Below are positions 62,002-64,000 of a stretch of 64,000 nt of DNA, one piece after another. Positions within the stretch are counted from its first letter, which is position 1. Every line of letters starts with the position of its first letter. A program made the translations under genes and the position numbers. Below the pieces are notes generated by a model, which was not told the origin of the DNA, searched no databases, and was given only the letters and a program-made list of their open reading frames with translations. Source of the DNA: Mobula hypostoma (Eukaryota). The DNA lies in the NCBI RefSeq assembly GCF_963921235.1, contig NC_086097.1:150104001-150168000 (forward strand), given 5' to 3'.

Positions 62002-63702
62002 AAAAACAAACACGAGGAAATCTGCAGGTGCTGGAAATTCAAGCAACACACACAAAATGCTGGTGAATGCAGCAGGCGAGGCAGCACCTATTGGAAGAGG
62101 TACAGTCAACGCTTCGGGCTGAGACCCTTCATCAGGACTAACAAAGAAGAGATAGTAAGAGATTTGAAAGTGGGAGGGGAGGGATGGAGCTAAGAACTGG
62201 AAAGTTGATTGGCAAAAGGGATACAAGGCTGGAGAAGGGAGAGGATCATGGGATGGGAGGAGAGGAACACCAGAGGAAGATGGAGAGCAGGCAAGGAGTT
62301 GTAGTGAGAGGGACAGAGGGAGAAAAATAAGAAATAGGAAAAAAATAATAAAGAAGGAATGGGGTAAGAAGGGGAGGAGGGGCATTAACAAGTCAATGTT
62401 CATGCCATCAGGTTGGAAGCTACCCAGACAGAATACAAGGTGTTGTTCCTCCAACCTGGGTGTGGCTTCATCTTGACAGTAGAGGAGGCCATGGATAGAC
62501 GTATCAGAAAGGGAATGGGACGTGTGACCACTGGGAGATCCTGCTTTCTCTGGTGGACAGAGCGTAGGTGTTCAGCAAAACGGTCTCCCAGTCTGCGTCG
62601 GGTCTCGTCAATATACTGAAGGCCGCACTGGGAGCACCGGACGCAGTATATCACCCCAGCCGACTCCCGACTCACAGGTGAAGTGTCGCCTCACTTGGAA
62701 GGACTGTCTGGGGCCCTGATTGGTGGTGAGGGAGGAAGTGTAAGGGCATGTGTAGCACTTGTTCTGCTTACAAGGATAAGTGCTGAGAGGGAGATCGGTG
62801 GAAAGGGATGTGGGGGGGGGGGGAATTCGCTGAACACCTACGCTCTGTCCACCAGACTTTCATCTCTCTTCCCCCCCCCCATCCCTTCCCACCGATCTCC
62901 CGCCCAGCACTTATCCTTGTAAGCAGAACAAGTGCTACACATGCCCTTATACTTCCTCCCTCACCACCATTCAGGGTCCCAGACAGTCCTTCCAGGTGAG
63001 GCGACACTTCACCTGTGAGTCGGCTGGCATGATGTACTGCGTCTGGTGCTCCCGGTGCGACCTTCGATATATTGGCAAGACCTGAAGCAGACTGGGAGAC
63101 TGTTTCGCTGAACACCTACCTTCTGTTCACCAGAGAAAGCAGGATCTCCCAGTGGCCACACATTTTAATTCCACATCCCATTCCCATTCTGACATGTCTA
63201 TCCACGGCCTCCTCTACTGTCAAGATGAAGCCACACTCAGGTTAGAGGAACAACACCTTATATTCTGTCTGGGTAGCCTCCAACCTGATGGCATGAACAT
63301 TGACTTCTCTAACTTCTGCTAATGCCCTTCCTCCCCTTCTTGCCCTATCTCTTATTTATTTTCCCTTTTTCTCTTTTTTTCTCCTGTCCCCCTCTCACTA
63401 ACTCCTTGACTGCTCTCCATCTTCCTCTGGTGTTCCTCTCCTCCTATCCCATGATCCTCTCCCTTCTCCAGCCTTGTATCCCTTTTGCCAATCAACTTTC
63501 CAGCTCTTAGCTTCATCCCTCCCCCTCCTGTCTTCTCCTATCATTTCGGATCTCCCTCTCCCCCTCCCCCTTTCAAATCTCTTACTATCTCTTCTTTCAG
63601 TTAGTCCTGACAAAGGGTCTCGCCCCAAAACGTCGACTGTGCCTCTTCCTATAGATGCTGCCTGACCTCTTGCGTTCCACCAGCATTTTGTGTGTGTTGC
63701 TT
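62002..63702. mobile_element. Large inverted-repeat Penelope-like insertion (about 62005-62822 minus; 62860-63700 plus) with 16-bp TSD
   Basis: GIY-YIG region on both arms; TATTTATCTTCACTTT (61986-62001) and TATTTATCTTTACTTT (63703-63718); degenerate hammerhead motifs at 62104-62139 (minus) and 63603-63638 (plus). Confidence 0.92.
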
Positions 63703-63829
63703 TATTTATCTTTACTTTGTCATTGTTACCATCTTCAGTTGCTTTCTTAAGAGATTTTCCAAATTTAGCATAGGGTTTGCAACTGTAATTTTGTAGCTCA
63801 TTAAAATGTATGAACAGTAGATAGAAGCT

Positions 63830-63970
63830 TTTACTGGATAGTGAAGCTTCCTTCACTATGCTATCAGAAATTGGAACAGCCTTCCAGATGTTGTGATTGG
63901 AAACATCTGTGACGATGGGGTCCAAGCCTTCAAGAGTCAAGTGCACAAACACCTATCATCTCTGGGAGGG
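63830..63970 (+). mobile_element. Possible old LINE RT C-terminal remnant
   Basis: One frame reads RNWNSLPDVVI...VQAFKSQVHKHL, like the WNxLP...FK end of CR1/L2-superfamily ORF2. Confidence 0.5.
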
Positions 63971-64000
63971 AAGTCGCATGCCTCTTCATAAGCTATCGTG

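Overview
Vertebrate genomic DNA, most likely from a cartilaginous fish (ray or shark). This is inferred from the repeat set: CR1/HER1-type LINEs with short tandem tails, a V-SINE/HE1-like core and a SacSINE1/AmnSINE1-like Deu-SINE tail. Most of the window is nested transposon debris: many CR1 LINEs (one 5'-truncated copy keeps about 820 open codons of ORF2), Rex1/Babar, RTE and L1 LINEs, two solo LTRs, Tc1 and hAT derivatives, and many Penelope-like elements (PLEs, GIY-YIG, Neptune-type). The only host gene I can recognise is a foxh1-like forkhead gene on the + strand. Coding exon 1 is 42397-42834 and exon 2 is 42937-43041; I could not find exon 3 in the remaining ~21 kb. The main unannotated structure is in the PLE termini, which carry a 36-nt minimal type I hammerhead ribozyme motif (about a dozen recognisable copies, a few with an intact core). 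These PLEs inserted as TSD-flanked inverted repeats of 81 bp to 1.75 kb, including a perfect 139-bp-arm palindrome with a ribozyme motif on each strand. Several sense-strand copies lie in the presumed foxh1 intron 2. There is also an ORF1-only (HAL1-like) L1 derivative. Hammerheads in PLEs are a known phenomenon, so I do not claim a wholly new system. All calls are by eye, with no database search, and repeat boundaries are approximate.
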